Shown: positions 1-8,877, counted from the first letter of the stretch. The stretch: DNA of 24,740 bases from a virus (IMGVR_UViG_3300011335_000173:1-24740), one strand, 5' to 3'. Program-made: numbers and translations. Notes: generated by a model from the sequence alone, not told the origin.

Positions 1-65
1 TCCACGGATACGTCAGCACCTTTGCTGCAATCGGTGGAATGATCCGCAAGATCACCCAGGCTTAG
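1..65 (+). CDS. Major capsid protein, C-terminal fragment (genome A)
   Basis: Frame from base 3 reads HGYVSTFAAIGGMIRKITQA*, homologous to FGYAATFAANSSMIRKITQA* at the end of 12635..14221. Confidence 0.9.
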   Translation, partial: HGYVSTFAAIGGMIRKITQA

Positions 66-71
66 TAGAAA

Positions 72-86
72 GGCGGCTTAACCGCC
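72..86 (+). promoter_or_regulatory. Hairpin between the capsid stop and the adaptor ATG (GGCGG-CTTAA-CCGCC)
   Basis: 5-bp GC stem abutting ATG 87; a structurally equivalent hairpin lies at 14226-14242. Confidence 0.55.
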
Positions 87-719
87 ATGGCTACTTACAC
101 AGTTACTAACAAGTACCTGATTGACAACTTTGCCGTACTGCAACTCCTGACCCCATCGGAGATTGCAGTCGGCAGTTCAATCACGGTCGCTGGAGTTGAC
201 GCAACATTCAACGGCACTTACACGGTGCGCGCTTTGCCACAGTATTTGTTTCTTGGTATTGATACGCAGGGCGACCTGCTGTACGACTACCAGATACCGA
301 TCGCTGATCAGGTGCTTTACGCCAAAACCGCAAGCGATGTCGAGCGAACTGCAGCGACTGGCACGGTTGCTAATGACCCTGTTTGCACTTGGGTGACGGC
401 CGCACAGGTCATGACCTATTTGGGCATCACGATCACCAACCCATCAGACGATTACACGTTGCTCACCCAATCGGTATCGGCTGGCAACCAGTTCTGTTAT
501 CGCAGGCGCCAGGAGAGCGGTTATATCGACTCCCTAACGACCTCGCCAGGCGGAGATGCAACATTGGGCACTTTGATGTATTGCGCTGCTCTGTGGCGCT
601 CTAGGGGCTCAATAGAGGCAACCTACGCCACCTTTGACGGCATGGGTTCAGCACCACAGCAAAGCCTGACCCCGATCGTTAAGCAGCTCTTAGGTATTCC
701 ACGTCCAGCGGTTGCCTGA
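87..719 (+). CDS. Head-tail adaptor/connector with an extra N-terminal beta-rich domain
   Basis: Directly after the capsid gene; C-terminal half (WVTAAQVMTYLG...LMYCAALWRSR...VKQLLG) resembles gp6/gp15-like adaptors; paralog at 14243. Confidence 0.7.
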   Translation: MATYTVTNKYLIDNFAVLQLLTPSEIAVGSSITVAGVDATFNGTYTVRALPQYLFLGIDTQGDLLYDYQIPIADQVLYAKTASDVERTAATGTVANDPVCTWVTAAQVMTYLGITITNPSDDYTLLTQSVSAGNQFCYRRRQESGYIDSLTTSPGGDATLGTLMYCAALWRSRGSIEATYATFDGMGSAPQQSLTPIVKQLLGIPRPAVA

Positions 720-1081
720 TGGCTTACACCGACCTGTTCAACGAGGCGATTGATGACGTCACGGCAACGCTTACCGCGGTGTCAGGTTTGCGTGTTGTAA
801 ACGACCCAACAAAACTTGTGCCTAATTGCGTGTACCTTGACGCGCCAAACTTTACCACGTTCGCAGGTAACGGCAACATTGTGCGCCTCGAGTTTCCGAT
901 CAAAGTCATTGGCTCAGGCCCAGCAGGTCTGCCGGTGCTCCGCTCAATCTTGAGCATTGTGGCAACCGTGCTTGGCTCGTCAATCATTGTGATGGCTGGC
1001 CGTCCGTCAAGCCTCGAGATCGGCGGCGCGCTGTATCCGTGCTACGACCTAGATTGCGCGATTGAAGCACAGACCAGATAA
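719..1081 (+). CDS. Tail completion/terminator-like protein
   Basis: 120 aa, between adaptor and major tail gene; paralog at 14869. Confidence 0.55.
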   Translation: MAYTDLFNEAIDDVTATLTAVSGLRVVNDPTKLVPNCVYLDAPNFTTFAGNGNIVRLEFPIKVIGSGPAGLPVLRSILSIVATVLGSSIIVMAGRPSSLEIGGALYPCYDLDCAIEAQTR

Positions 1082-1137
1082 TCCACAACTACACAACAAC
1101 AATCATCTACTATCAGATCAGAACCTAAGGAGCACAC

Positions 1138-1566
1138 ATGCCTAGTAGTACATACCTCTCTAACCCAAAAGTCCAAGTAGGCGCCGCAATCGGTTCTATT
1201 CAGGACATCACCGATGACGTGGTCGCAGCAACTTTGACTGTTACTGCGGAGCCTCTGGAAGACACCTCGTTCGGCCAGACATCCCGCACCATGACCTCGG
1301 GTTTGTTCTCGAATAGCTTGACCCTAACGGTGTTTGCATCGTACGCATCAAGCCAGACCTATGCGATCTTGTCACCATTGCTCGGCACCAAGTGCACGAT
1401 TAAGGTAAATCCAACTTCGGCAGCTGACAGCAGTACGAATCCTGGCTTTATTTTGACAGACACCTATTTGTCCAGCATTCCAGTAATTAATGCCTCGCTT
1501 GGCGAATTGTCGCAATGGGACATTGAGTTCCAAGGCGGCACATACAGCGTAGATACAACCCCATAA
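1138..1566 (+). CDS. Major tail (tube) protein
   Basis: AAGGAG RBS; LEDTSFG motif; S/T-rich beta protein upstream of the chaperone and tape measure; paralog at 15410. Confidence 0.8.
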   Translation: MPSSTYLSNPKVQVGAAIGSIQDITDDVVAATLTVTAEPLEDTSFGQTSRTMTSGLFSNSLTLTVFASYASSQTYAILSPLLGTKCTIKVNPTSAADSSTNPGFILTDTYLSSIPVINASLGELSQWDIEFQGGTYSVDTTP

Positions 1567-1595
1567 ACACGGCTCCAAGCCGACATAGGAGACAC

Positions 1596-1895
1596 ATGAA
1601 AATTAAGTTGCAGTTAAAGCGCACGCCTGACAGCGCACCCGAGTACTACTACACAAACCTGTTTGTAGTAACCGAATGGGAACGCCTTGAGCGCCGCAAC
1701 ATTCAACAGCTCTCAACGTCACCGTTGTATTCCGATTATTGCTGTTGGATGCACACAATCTTGAAAATCAAAGGCGAGCAAGTTGGCGACAATTGGCGTG
1801 AGTGGATTAGCAAAAACCCTGACATCGACATTATGCCGGTACTGGACGAAACAGACCCAAACCCTACGGACGCGGCACCTACCGCCGCCAACTAG
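1596..1895 (+). CDS. Tail assembly chaperone (gpG-like)
   Basis: AGGAG RBS; position after the major tail gene; slippery site near the 3' end. Confidence 0.75.
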   Translation: MKIKLQLKRTPDSAPEYYYTNLFVVTEWERLERRNIQQLSTSPLYSDYCCWMHTILKIKGEQVGDNWREWISKNPDIDIMPVLDETDPNPTDAAPTAAN

Positions 1896-2005
1896 CAGAG
1901 GTGTTGGTCGCGGTCGGTTGGTGGCCTAGCGACATTGCGTTTGACTCACGAGACTTGGTTACGGTCATTAAAGTGCTTAACGAGGCAAACAAAAAAAGAA
2001 GGTAA
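1859..2005 (+). CDS. -1 frameshift extension of the tail assembly chaperone (gpGT-like), not in the ORF track
   Basis: A AAC CCT at 1859-1865 (overlapping C CCA AAC at 1856-1862); the -1 frame reads KPYGRGTYRRQLAEVLVAVGWWPSDIAFDSRDLVTVIKVLNEANKKRR* and is conserved in genome B. Confidence 0.8.
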   Translation, partial: KPYGRGTYRRQLAEVLVAVGWWPSDIAFDSRDLVTVIKVLNEANKKRR

Positions 2006-2007
2006 TT

Positions 2008-2550
2008 ATGCCAGCGCGCAGTTTCACCGAACGATCGTCAACAGTTACAAGCAACATTGAGGTCGTTGGTCTTAAAGAAGCGCTGAAAACCTTAAACAAG
2101 ATTGACAAGTCTTTGCGCCGAGAAATTACCAAGGACTACAAAAAGATTGTTCAACCCGTCATTGACGATGCGAAGAACCTTGTGCCAATTAAAGCGCCGC
2201 TATCTGGTATGGCTCGAGCGTATAAGTACCGATCTGGCTACGAGGTACTGCCTTGGGTGGATGGCTATAACCAGAGAATTATTGCCAAAATTAACACGCG
2301 CAATATTAAAGAAACCTACGGCGGCGACAAGGTAAACGTGGGCACGTTCATGGTGCAATGGCAGGGCGCCACCGGAACATTATTCGACACCACAATGGCT
2401 GGCGCACTTGGCAAAGCGTTAACAGCGCGATATGGGCCACGTTCGCGAGTAATGTGGAGAGCATACGAGCAACGCCGTGATGATGTATTAAGGGAAATGG
2501 AACAGTTAGTGCGGCGCGTTATGGATGAAGCAAACAGAGAGACCGCGTAA
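2008..2550 (+). CDS. HK97 gp10-like tail/neck protein
   Basis: N-terminal IEVVGLKEALKTLNKIDKSLRREIT and C-terminal MWRAYE helix, typical of gp10-like proteins; paralog at 16260. Confidence 0.55.
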   Translation: MPARSFTERSSTVTSNIEVVGLKEALKTLNKIDKSLRREITKDYKKIVQPVIDDAKNLVPIKAPLSGMARAYKYRSGYEVLPWVDGYNQRIIAKINTRNIKETYGGDKVNVGTFMVQWQGATGTLFDTTMAGALGKALTARYGPRSRVMWRAYEQRRDDVLREMEQLVRRVMDEANRETA

Positions 2551-3866
2551 TGGCAATTAATATCCCGATCATTTCAGAGTTTGACGGCAAAGGGATTAAG
2601 AAGGCTATTGCTCAATTCAAGCAACTTGAAACGACATCCGAAAAAGCCCAGTTTGCAATCAAAAAGGCGGCGATTCCTGCAGCTGCGGCGCTTGGCGGTT
2701 TGGCTATTGCCCTGGGCGATGCAACTCGCGCTGCGATGGAAGATCAGCGGGAGCAGGCCGCTTTAGCACTTACTTTGCAAAATGTGACTGGCGCTGGCGC
2801 TGCACAAACCGCACAGGTAGAAAAACAGATCAGCGCAATGTCTCGCGCATCTGGCATTGCAGACACCGAATATCGCAAGAGCCTAGAGGCTTTGGTGCGC
2901 GGTACAAAAGATGTTGACCTTGCCATGAAAGACATGAACCTTGTCATGGACATCAGCACCGCGCTACAGACCGACAGCGCAACCGTGGCAGACGCGCTCG
3001 CAAAGGCTTATCAAGGCAACTTTAAGGCGCTCCGATCATTGAGCCCAGAAATGTCAACGATGATCAAAGAAGGCGCAAGCCTTGACGAAATCATGAACGT
3101 GCTAGGCGGAACCTTTGGCGGTGCCACAGCAAAGAACGCTGAAACCGCTGCCGGCAAGATGGCAATACTTAAAAACTCAATTGGCGAAACCAAAGAGTCA
3201 ATCGGTGCCGCGCTGTTGCCTGTGCTTGAAGCAGTTCTGCCTGTGCTCAACCGTTTTGCTGCATGGGCACAAGACAACCCGAAAGCGTTTTTGGCTATTG
3301 CCGCCGCTATCGGTCTAGTCGCCGCTGCGATCGTGGCCACAAACATTGCTATGGCACTCAACCCATTCAGCCTGATCGCTGCAGGTGTCGCGCTATTGGT
3401 CGCCGCGCTAGTCGTTGCTTACAACAAGTTTGAGTGGTTTAAGACAGGCGTTGACGCAATTATTAACGGCATTCTTGGAGCATTCGAGTCGGTAGTCAAC
3501 GGTGCGATCATGATGGTCAACGGCATTATTCGCGCTTACAACGCCATCCCTATTGCGCCAGACATCAAAACAATCGCGCACGTCAATCTGCCAAGCATCG
3601 GTGGCAGTTCGGCTACACAAGCCGCATCACGCATGAACCTGCCACGCATGGCCGAAGGTGGCATTGTGTCTAGCCCTACCTTGGCGCTGATCGGTGAGGC
3701 AGGCCCAGAAGCAGTAGTGCCATTAGATCGCTTGCAAAACGGTGGCGGAATAACTATCAACGTCACAGGCGGTTTGGCTACAAGCGCAGAGATCGGTGAA
3801 AGCGTGGTTAACGCATTGCGCGCCTATTCACGCTCCGCTGGGCCATTGCAACTACAGGTCGCCTAA
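2550..3866 (+). CDS. Tape measure protein (438 aa)
   Basis: Ala-rich helical protein with hydrophobic segments; MAEGGIV...IGEAGPEAVVPL motif common near tape measure C-termini. Confidence 0.9.
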   Translation: MAINIPIISEFDGKGIKKAIAQFKQLETTSEKAQFAIKKAAIPAAAALGGLAIALGDATRAAMEDQREQAALALTLQNVTGAGAAQTAQVEKQISAMSRASGIADTEYRKSLEALVRGTKDVDLAMKDMNLVMDISTALQTDSATVADALAKAYQGNFKALRSLSPEMSTMIKEGASLDEIMNVLGGTFGGATAKNAETAAGKMAILKNSIGETKESIGAALLPVLEAVLPVLNRFAAWAQDNPKAFLAIAAAIGLVAAAIVATNIAMALNPFSLIAAGVALLVAALVVAYNKFEWFKTGVDAIINGILGAFESVVNGAIMMVNGIIRAYNAIPIAPDIKTIAHVNLPSIGGSSATQAASRMNLPRMAEGGIVSSPTLALIGEAGPEAVVPLDRLQNGGGITINVTGGLATSAEIGESVVNALRAYSRSAGPLQLQVA

Positions 3867-5155
3867 TGCCCGGCACAGTTGTTGTTGACTCGGGCAACTA
3901 TGCCTTAAAAATTGCTACAGGATTTCAGATTGACGCGTTTGTGTTGGACGATGCGCTTAAGGGTGTATTGGACAATACGACTTATGTGCTAGACGGCACC
4001 ACAGAATTTGCCGATGTCATGGACTCAACTATCAGCATCACAGCACGCCGCGGTCGCCGCGACATAGGCGACCAGTTCAGCGCTGGCACGATGACATTCA
4101 CCATTCAAGACGTGGACGGCATCTTTAACCCGTTTGACGAAAACAGCCCATACTACGACACCGCACAAGCCAAGCCAGGGCTAGCCCCATTGCGCGCCGT
4201 GCAGCTCATTCGATACAGCGCAACCAATGTGCCCGAATCCTTGTTTAGTGGTTATGTCGTCAACTATGACTACAATTTTGCGCTCGGCGGTTTAGACACC
4301 GTGACGGTGTATTGCGCCGACCAGTTTTATCTGCTTGCACAAACCTACTTAGACGCGCTCAACCCAACCACAGAAACATCAGGGCAACGCATAGAAACCG
4401 TCCTAGACCTACCAGAAGTAGATTTTCCTGTTGGCTCTCGTGACATCGCTACAGGCACCGTAAACCTTGGCCATGACAGCGCCTACAACGTCCCTGCCGG
4501 CACAAACGTGTTGCAATACATTTCCCAGATCAACGACACCGCCGAGTTTGGGCGTGTCTTCATGTCACGGTCTGGCGTGTTCACATTCCAAGATCGCATT
4601 GGCACCACACTTAGCGCATCTAAAGCCGATTTCCATGATGATGGGACTAATTACAAATACGATGGCGTGGGCATCACATTCGAGGCGGACGGCGTAAAAA
4701 ATAGAACCACCGTTACAGGTCTTAACGGCACCACGTACACCGCAACCGATACAGGGTCTATTGCAACCTATTTCATTCAGGCGTTAAGCATCACAAACAG
4801 CTTGTTGCATGACGCTGGCGAGATTCAGACCGCCGCCGAATACCTGTTAAACCCAGAACCCGAAGCGCGCTACACGTCTGTTGCAACCAAGTATCTGATG
4901 CTGACTACAGCCCAAAAAGACACGCTGGCGACCGTGGACATTGGTGACACGATCACGATAGAAAAGACGTTTTCTAGCGGTACTGGCACGACCCAGTTAG
5001 CGCAAGAGCTTTCGGTTGAAGGCATTGAACATTATTTGGATTTCAGCACAGGCCACAGGGTGCTGTATTCGACTGCCCCGACCACGATTGTTTACGAACT
5101 GATATTGGACGACGCCACGTATGGCACACTTGACGCACTCAATGTTTTAGGATAG
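3866..5155 (+). CDS. Minor tail / baseplate hub protein
   Basis: Follows the tape measure gene; RGRRDIGDQF motif shared with 18751..20046. Confidence 0.7.
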   Translation: MPGTVVVDSGNYALKIATGFQIDAFVLDDALKGVLDNTTYVLDGTTEFADVMDSTISITARRGRRDIGDQFSAGTMTFTIQDVDGIFNPFDENSPYYDTAQAKPGLAPLRAVQLIRYSATNVPESLFSGYVVNYDYNFALGGLDTVTVYCADQFYLLAQTYLDALNPTTETSGQRIETVLDLPEVDFPVGSRDIATGTVNLGHDSAYNVPAGTNVLQYISQINDTAEFGRVFMSRSGVFTFQDRIGTTLSASKADFHDDGTNYKYDGVGITFEADGVKNRTTVTGLNGTTYTATDTGSIATYFIQALSITNSLLHDAGEIQTAAEYLLNPEPEARYTSVATKYLMLTTAQKDTLATVDIGDTITIEKTFSSGTGTTQLAQELSVEGIEHYLDFSTGHRVLYSTAPTTIVYELILDDATYGTLDALNVLG

Positions 5156-5162
5156 GAGCACT

Positions 5163-5741
5163 ATGCCACTCACAACATTTGTCGCTGGAAACATACTCAC
5201 AGCGGCACAACTCAACAACTCATACGCCGCGGTCGGCGGTTGGCGCATCGTCCAAAACGAAACAACATTTACGGCGGCTACCGCAATAGTGGCCAACGCC
5301 AACATTTTTACAAGTTCATACACGAACTACAAGATCGTTATGCGCTTTACCGGTACTACTGGTGGCGGGTTAGGTTTGAGGTTGCGTGTCGCTGGCGTAG
5401 CTGCAGCAACCAACTACAACCAACAATTCCTAACCGCAAGTTCAACAACTCTTACGGGTGTGAGACAAACCGCGCAAACCTCATACGCAATCGGTGCAGG
5501 TTCAACTGGAACATTTTTTCAATCTGTCGAATGTCTTGTTACTGGTCCAGCGTTAGCAGAAGGCACAACTTTTTTAACAAACTTCCAAATTTCTGACGCT
5601 GGTTATACAGTCCCATCTATTCAAATGAATTATGGCAACCACAGCACCGCCACCGCATACGACAGCTTTGAAATGAACGCCGCATCAGGCAACTTCACCG
5701 GCACATACACCGTTTACGGCCTAGTAAAAACAGGGGTTTGA
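5163..5741 (+). CDS. Tail fibre / receptor-binding-like protein
   Basis: N-terminal FVAGNILTAAQLN anchor; T/A/G/S-rich beta domain; GNHSTATAYD shared with 20056..20775. Confidence 0.6.
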   Translation: MPLTTFVAGNILTAAQLNNSYAAVGGWRIVQNETTFTAATAIVANANIFTSSYTNYKIVMRFTGTTGGGLGLRLRVAGVAAATNYNQQFLTASSTTLTGVRQTAQTSYAIGAGSTGTFFQSVECLVTGPALAEGTTFLTNFQISDAGYTVPSIQMNYGNHSTATAYDSFEMNAASGNFTGTYTVYGLVKTGV

Positions 5742-5742
5742 T

Positions 5743-5943
5743 ATGGCATACATCATCAACATTGACGGCGTAGATCGTCCAATGACAGAAGAAGAACAAG
5801 CCACATACGAAGCAACCCGTGACGCAATGCTTGCTGACGCTAAAGCAACAACAGCAGAACAAAAAGCAGCTGCAAAAACAAAACAAGCCGTACTTGAAAA
5901 ACTCGGATTGACCGCTGAAGAAGTAGCAGCTTTGCTGGCGTAA
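5743..5943 (+). CDS. Small tail-fibre-associated protein
   Basis: 66 aa ending LEKLGLTAEEVAALLA; paralog at 20775. Confidence 0.6.
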   Translation: MAYIINIDGVDRPMTEEEQATYEATRDAMLADAKATTAEQKAAAKTKQAVLEKLGLTAEEVAALLA

Positions 5944-5947
5944 TGAA

Positions 5948-6112
5948 ATGGATACTCAAATCGTGGTGGCTCTTATCGGTGGTGGCTTCCTTGTATTGGT
6001 GGCGCTCATTGGCAAAATCGGCAGCGACAACAAAAAAGACCACGGCCAAGTACACCAAACCTTGGGTCGAATAGAACAAAAGATTGATAACCATGTTGAA
6101 AATCACCAATAA
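5948..6112 (+). CDS. 54-aa single-TM membrane protein (lysis cassette, holin-like), not in the ORF track
   Basis: MDTQIVVALIGGGFLVLVALIGKIGSDNKKDHGQVHQTLGRIEQKIDNHVENHQ*; nearly identical ORF at 20983..21147. Confidence 0.8.
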   Translation: MDTQIVVALIGGGFLVLVALIGKIGSDNKKDHGQVHQTLGRIEQKIDNHVENHQ

Positions 6113-6296
6113 AGACAAAGCAATGTTTGCCAGTTATGCGCGATCAGTCGTTGGCGCGCTTATTGCCGTTTACTCGACAGGCACAACAGACCCACGCGAC
6201 TACGGCAAAGGCGCAATCGCAGCTGTAATCCCACCATTGCTCCGATGGGTAAACCCTAAAGACGCAGGTTTCGGACGTGGCGATAGCCAGAGCTAA
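6093..6296 (+). CDS. Putative holin
   Basis: ATG 6093; two hydrophobic segments and a LRWVNPKD..FG tail; directly upstream of the endolysin; paralog at 21128. Confidence 0.65.
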   Translation: MLKITNKDKAMFASYARSVVGALIAVYSTGTTDPRDYGKGAIAAVIPPLLRWVNPKDAGFGRGDSQS

Positions 6297-6807
6297 ACCC
6301 GGAGTCCCTAACGCAAGGGACTACATCGGCAACGCAGACGGAGCATCACCAGCTCCACGCGCAGGCATGAACGAGTTCATCCGTCAAGTGCTACATCACT
6401 CAAATGGCGCATTCGTCAATCTTGGAAGTTGGGGTCAGCGCGATGTCAAAGGGAAACCCGGAACCCTAAGCGTCCACGCCACCGGACGAGCATGGGATGC
6501 TGGTTTTACCACAAGCGAAAAAAACCCGAACGCATCACGCAAAACGGCATTGCCATTCATTGAAAAGATGGTTGCCAATGCCAACGATTTAGGAATCCAA
6601 ATGGTCATTGATTACTTCCCTAAAGAGTACGGTCGCGCATGGCGTTGTGATCGACAAGTTTGGAAAAACTACGACACCAAAACCGTGTCAGGCGCACCGG
6701 GCGGTCGGTGGTTCCATATTGAGATCTCTCCACAAGCTGCCGACTCGGTGATCTGGGTAAAAGCCGCATTTCTAAAGGTCTTCGGGGAAATCCCACCCAA
6801 GGCTTGA
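6277..6807 (+). CDS. Endolysin, M15-like zinc peptidase
   Basis: SxHxxGRAxD motif (SVHATGRAWD) plus downstream FHIE; paralog at 21312. Confidence 0.8.
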   Translation: MAIARAKPGVPNARDYIGNADGASPAPRAGMNEFIRQVLHHSNGAFVNLGSWGQRDVKGKPGTLSVHATGRAWDAGFTTSEKNPNASRKTALPFIEKMVANANDLGIQMVIDYFPKEYGRAWRCDRQVWKNYDTKTVSGAPGGRWFHIEISPQAADSVIWVKAAFLKVFGEIPPKA

Positions 6808-6847
6808 TCTATGTTCTAGGGTCGGAGTACCGACAAAAGGACAGGCA
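6803..6847 (+). promoter_or_regulatory. Putative promoter/operator region for the non-structural operon
   Basis: TAGGGT (TAnnnT) followed by inverted repeat GTCGG-AGTA-CCGAC (6821-6834); B has TAAGGT and GTCGAATTACCGAC at the same place. No well-spaced -35 seen. Confidence 0.4.
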
Positions 6848-7024
6848 ATGACTGAACCCCAGATAGTGGATTACAGCGTCTATACAGGAGTGATGGACAA
6901 CGGCCAAGAAATCTTGGTGCAGATATTTACTAGCCCAGAGTCGGGCAAGTTCCTCATGGGACAAATCGCATTTAGATCGCATGCTTCTAGTTGGGGCGTG
7001 CCCATACCTTTGGAGAAACGATGA
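6848..7024 (+). CDS. 58-aa hypothetical protein, not in the ORF track
   Basis: MTEPQIVDYSVYTGVMDNGQEILVQIFTSPESGKFLMGQIAFRSHASSWGVPIPLEKR*; homolog at 21879..22055. Confidence 0.85.
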   Translation: MTEPQIVDYSVYTGVMDNGQEILVQIFTSPESGKFLMGQIAFRSHASSWGVPIPLEKR

Positions 7025-7530
7025 ACTACTTTGCAGAAAAAATCATTGGGCTAGTGCTTTGTACGGTATTTGGTTTTACGGTCGCTGTAGGCGCTCCTGA
7101 CGCGTCTGGTGCCCCGTCTGGCACCATTGCCCTAGCGCCTTTGGACGCCCAGAACTATTTGATTGAGCCGACTACAACCACCAGCTCAACGATCTACATT
7201 GACCCGTACACGTCAGCCTGTGAGCAGTTCAGCGCGCTCGCCATAAACCTTGGTTGGCCTGCCGATCAGCGCACCGTGCTTGAATCAATCATGTTCAGAG
7301 AGTCGCGCTGCATACCTAACGCGGTCAACAGCAAAGACCCAAACGGTGGGTCGCGTGGCCTTATGCAGATCAACGGATTTTGGACGCCGTGGCTCATTGA
7401 GCGCGGAATCATCACAAGCGCAAAAAACCTGTTACAGGCTGATGTTAATTTGCGCGCAGGATTAGCAATTTACAACTACGGGGTCGAGCGATACGGCTAC
7501 GGCTGGGGGCCATGGAGCGCAACAAAATGA
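7021..7530 (+). CDS. Secreted or membrane-anchored lytic transglycosylase (SLT family)
   Basis: ATGA-coupled start at 7021; N-terminal hydrophobic segment, Thr-rich linker, RES catalytic Glu and GLMQIN motif. Confidence 0.85.
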   Translation: MNYFAEKIIGLVLCTVFGFTVAVGAPDASGAPSGTIALAPLDAQNYLIEPTTTTSSTIYIDPYTSACEQFSALAINLGWPADQRTVLESIMFRESRCIPNAVNSKDPNGGSRGLMQINGFWTPWLIERGIITSAKNLLQADVNLRAGLAIYNYGVERYGYGWGPWSATK

Positions 7531-7790
7531 GCGAAGGTACTGCATACAACCAAGGCGAACTGACCGAAGAAACACGCAAACTTGTGCTTGACTCAACAGC
7601 AAACGCAAACCACACAATGGCAATCTTCAATTTGATTGACGACATTATGGCGGTCAGCAAAAACCCACACGCAAGCATCATTCAACGGCTTAAGACAATG
7701 AAAAACCAGTTGTCATTAGAAGACCCGATGCCGCTTTACGATGTGACTACACTCGATCTTGCAATCAAAGCACTACAAGCACATTCCTAA
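7527..7790 (+). CDS. Conserved hypothetical helical protein
   Basis: ATGA-coupled start; highly similar to 22555..22818. Confidence 0.75.
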   Translation: MSEGTAYNQGELTEETRKLVLDSTANANHTMAIFNLIDDIMAVSKNPHASIIQRLKTMKNQLSLEDPMPLYDVTTLDLAIKALQAHS

Positions 7791-7811
7791 CCGACACAGG
7801 AGATTCCGACA

Positions 7812-8210
7812 ATGAAAACATGCACAATTTGCAAAGGCTCAATCGCCTACCCAGACATACAAGGCAAAACACACTTTGTATGTGACGGCCGTGTGCCGGT
7901 CAGAAAACAAGCACCATTTATCCAAGGCATGTTGGCGTCACAATCGTCAGCAGATGCGCGATGGACACGCGAAGAACAAAACAAAGTTGATGCAGCGATC
8001 TTGCACGTTGCGCGCACAAAAGGGTTCTTCACATCAGACGACATCTGGAAATATTTAGGCGACCAGTTCCCTGTCACTAAGGGCATTGCTGGACGCTTGA
8101 ACGCAGCTGCACGCCGTGGCCATATTCGCAACACAGGTGAACTGGCATACGCCCAGCGCGGTGGCGCGCATGACCATGCTCAACGTCTAAGCGTTTGGGC
8201 AGGCATCTAA
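7812..8210 (+). CDS. Putative DNA-binding protein (N-terminal CxxC...HxxC, then wHTH-like domain)
   Basis: CTIC...HFVC followed by FTSDDIW...IAGRLNAAARRGHIRNTG...VW, a winged-helix-like pattern. Confidence 0.5.
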   Translation: MKTCTICKGSIAYPDIQGKTHFVCDGRVPVRKQAPFIQGMLASQSSADARWTREEQNKVDAAILHVARTKGFFTSDDIWKYLGDQFPVTKGIAGRLNAAARRGHIRNTGELAYAQRGGAHDHAQRLSVWAGI

Positions 8211-8758
8211 TGGGCTTTGACTTAAGCAACTACGAAACAGTTGAGCAACGGCTAGTGCGTTGGTGGGCTGCATATCCCAACGGGCGCGTGTACACCTGCA
8301 TGATGAACTACACGGGCGATGCTTGCGTGTTCTATTGCGAACTGTACGCCGACAAGGACGACAAGGTGCCAGTCGCAACAGGCTACGCAGAAGAAATCAA
8401 AACAGATCGTGGGGTCAATGCGACTTCATTTGTTGAAAACGCAGAAACAAGCGCAATCGGGAGAGCAATCGGCAACTGTGCGCTCGGGTCAAACGGTACG
8501 CCAAGACCGTCACGCAATGAGATGCAAAAAGTCGAGCGTCTAGGTGGGCAGGAACAGTCAACAAACAAGGCGCACATACCCTCTGGTGCATTCGCTACAC
8601 CTAAGCAAATTGGTTACATCAAGAAACTGGCCAAGGATGCCAACCTTGACGATTTGGGATTGTTGGAGTTAATTCATCGCCAATTGAATGATGACAGCGC
8701 GGTGCTTGAGCTGCTGAAATCTCACGAAGCCAGCAAGATTATTGAGGTGCTGAAATGA
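8210..8758 (+). CDS. Rad52/Sak-like single-strand annealing protein
   Basis: YETVEQRL...ATGYAEE...VENAETSAIGRA motif; C-terminal ATPKQIGYI; paralog at 23186. Confidence 0.75.
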   Translation: MGFDLSNYETVEQRLVRWWAAYPNGRVYTCMMNYTGDACVFYCELYADKDDKVPVATGYAEEIKTDRGVNATSFVENAETSAIGRAIGNCALGSNGTPRPSRNEMQKVERLGGQEQSTNKAHIPSGAFATPKQIGYIKKLAKDANLDDLGLLELIHRQLNDDSAVLELLKSHEASKIIEVLK

Positions 8759-8877
8759 TGACGTTTCTGATAGTCAACATTGCAGGCATCTTGCTTGGAC
8801 TCATGTTGACCTTGTTTGTGATGATGTTTGCCGAAGACCCAAGAACAACCGCTGGACGCAAAAGGGGAAAGAAATGA
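8755..8877 (+). CDS. 40-aa single-TM peptide with a basic tail (genome A only), not in the ORF track
   Basis: MMTFLIVNIAGILLGLMLTLFVMMFAEDPRTTAGRKRGKK*; ATGA overlaps on both sides. Confidence 0.65.
   Translation: MMTFLIVNIAGILLGLMLTLFVMMFAEDPRTTAGRKRGKK

Noticed and set aside
5163-5741. Diversity-generating retroelement target in the fibre gene
   Set aside because: No reverse transcriptase and no adenine-specific template/variable repeat pair; the second fibre copy is simply B's homolog.
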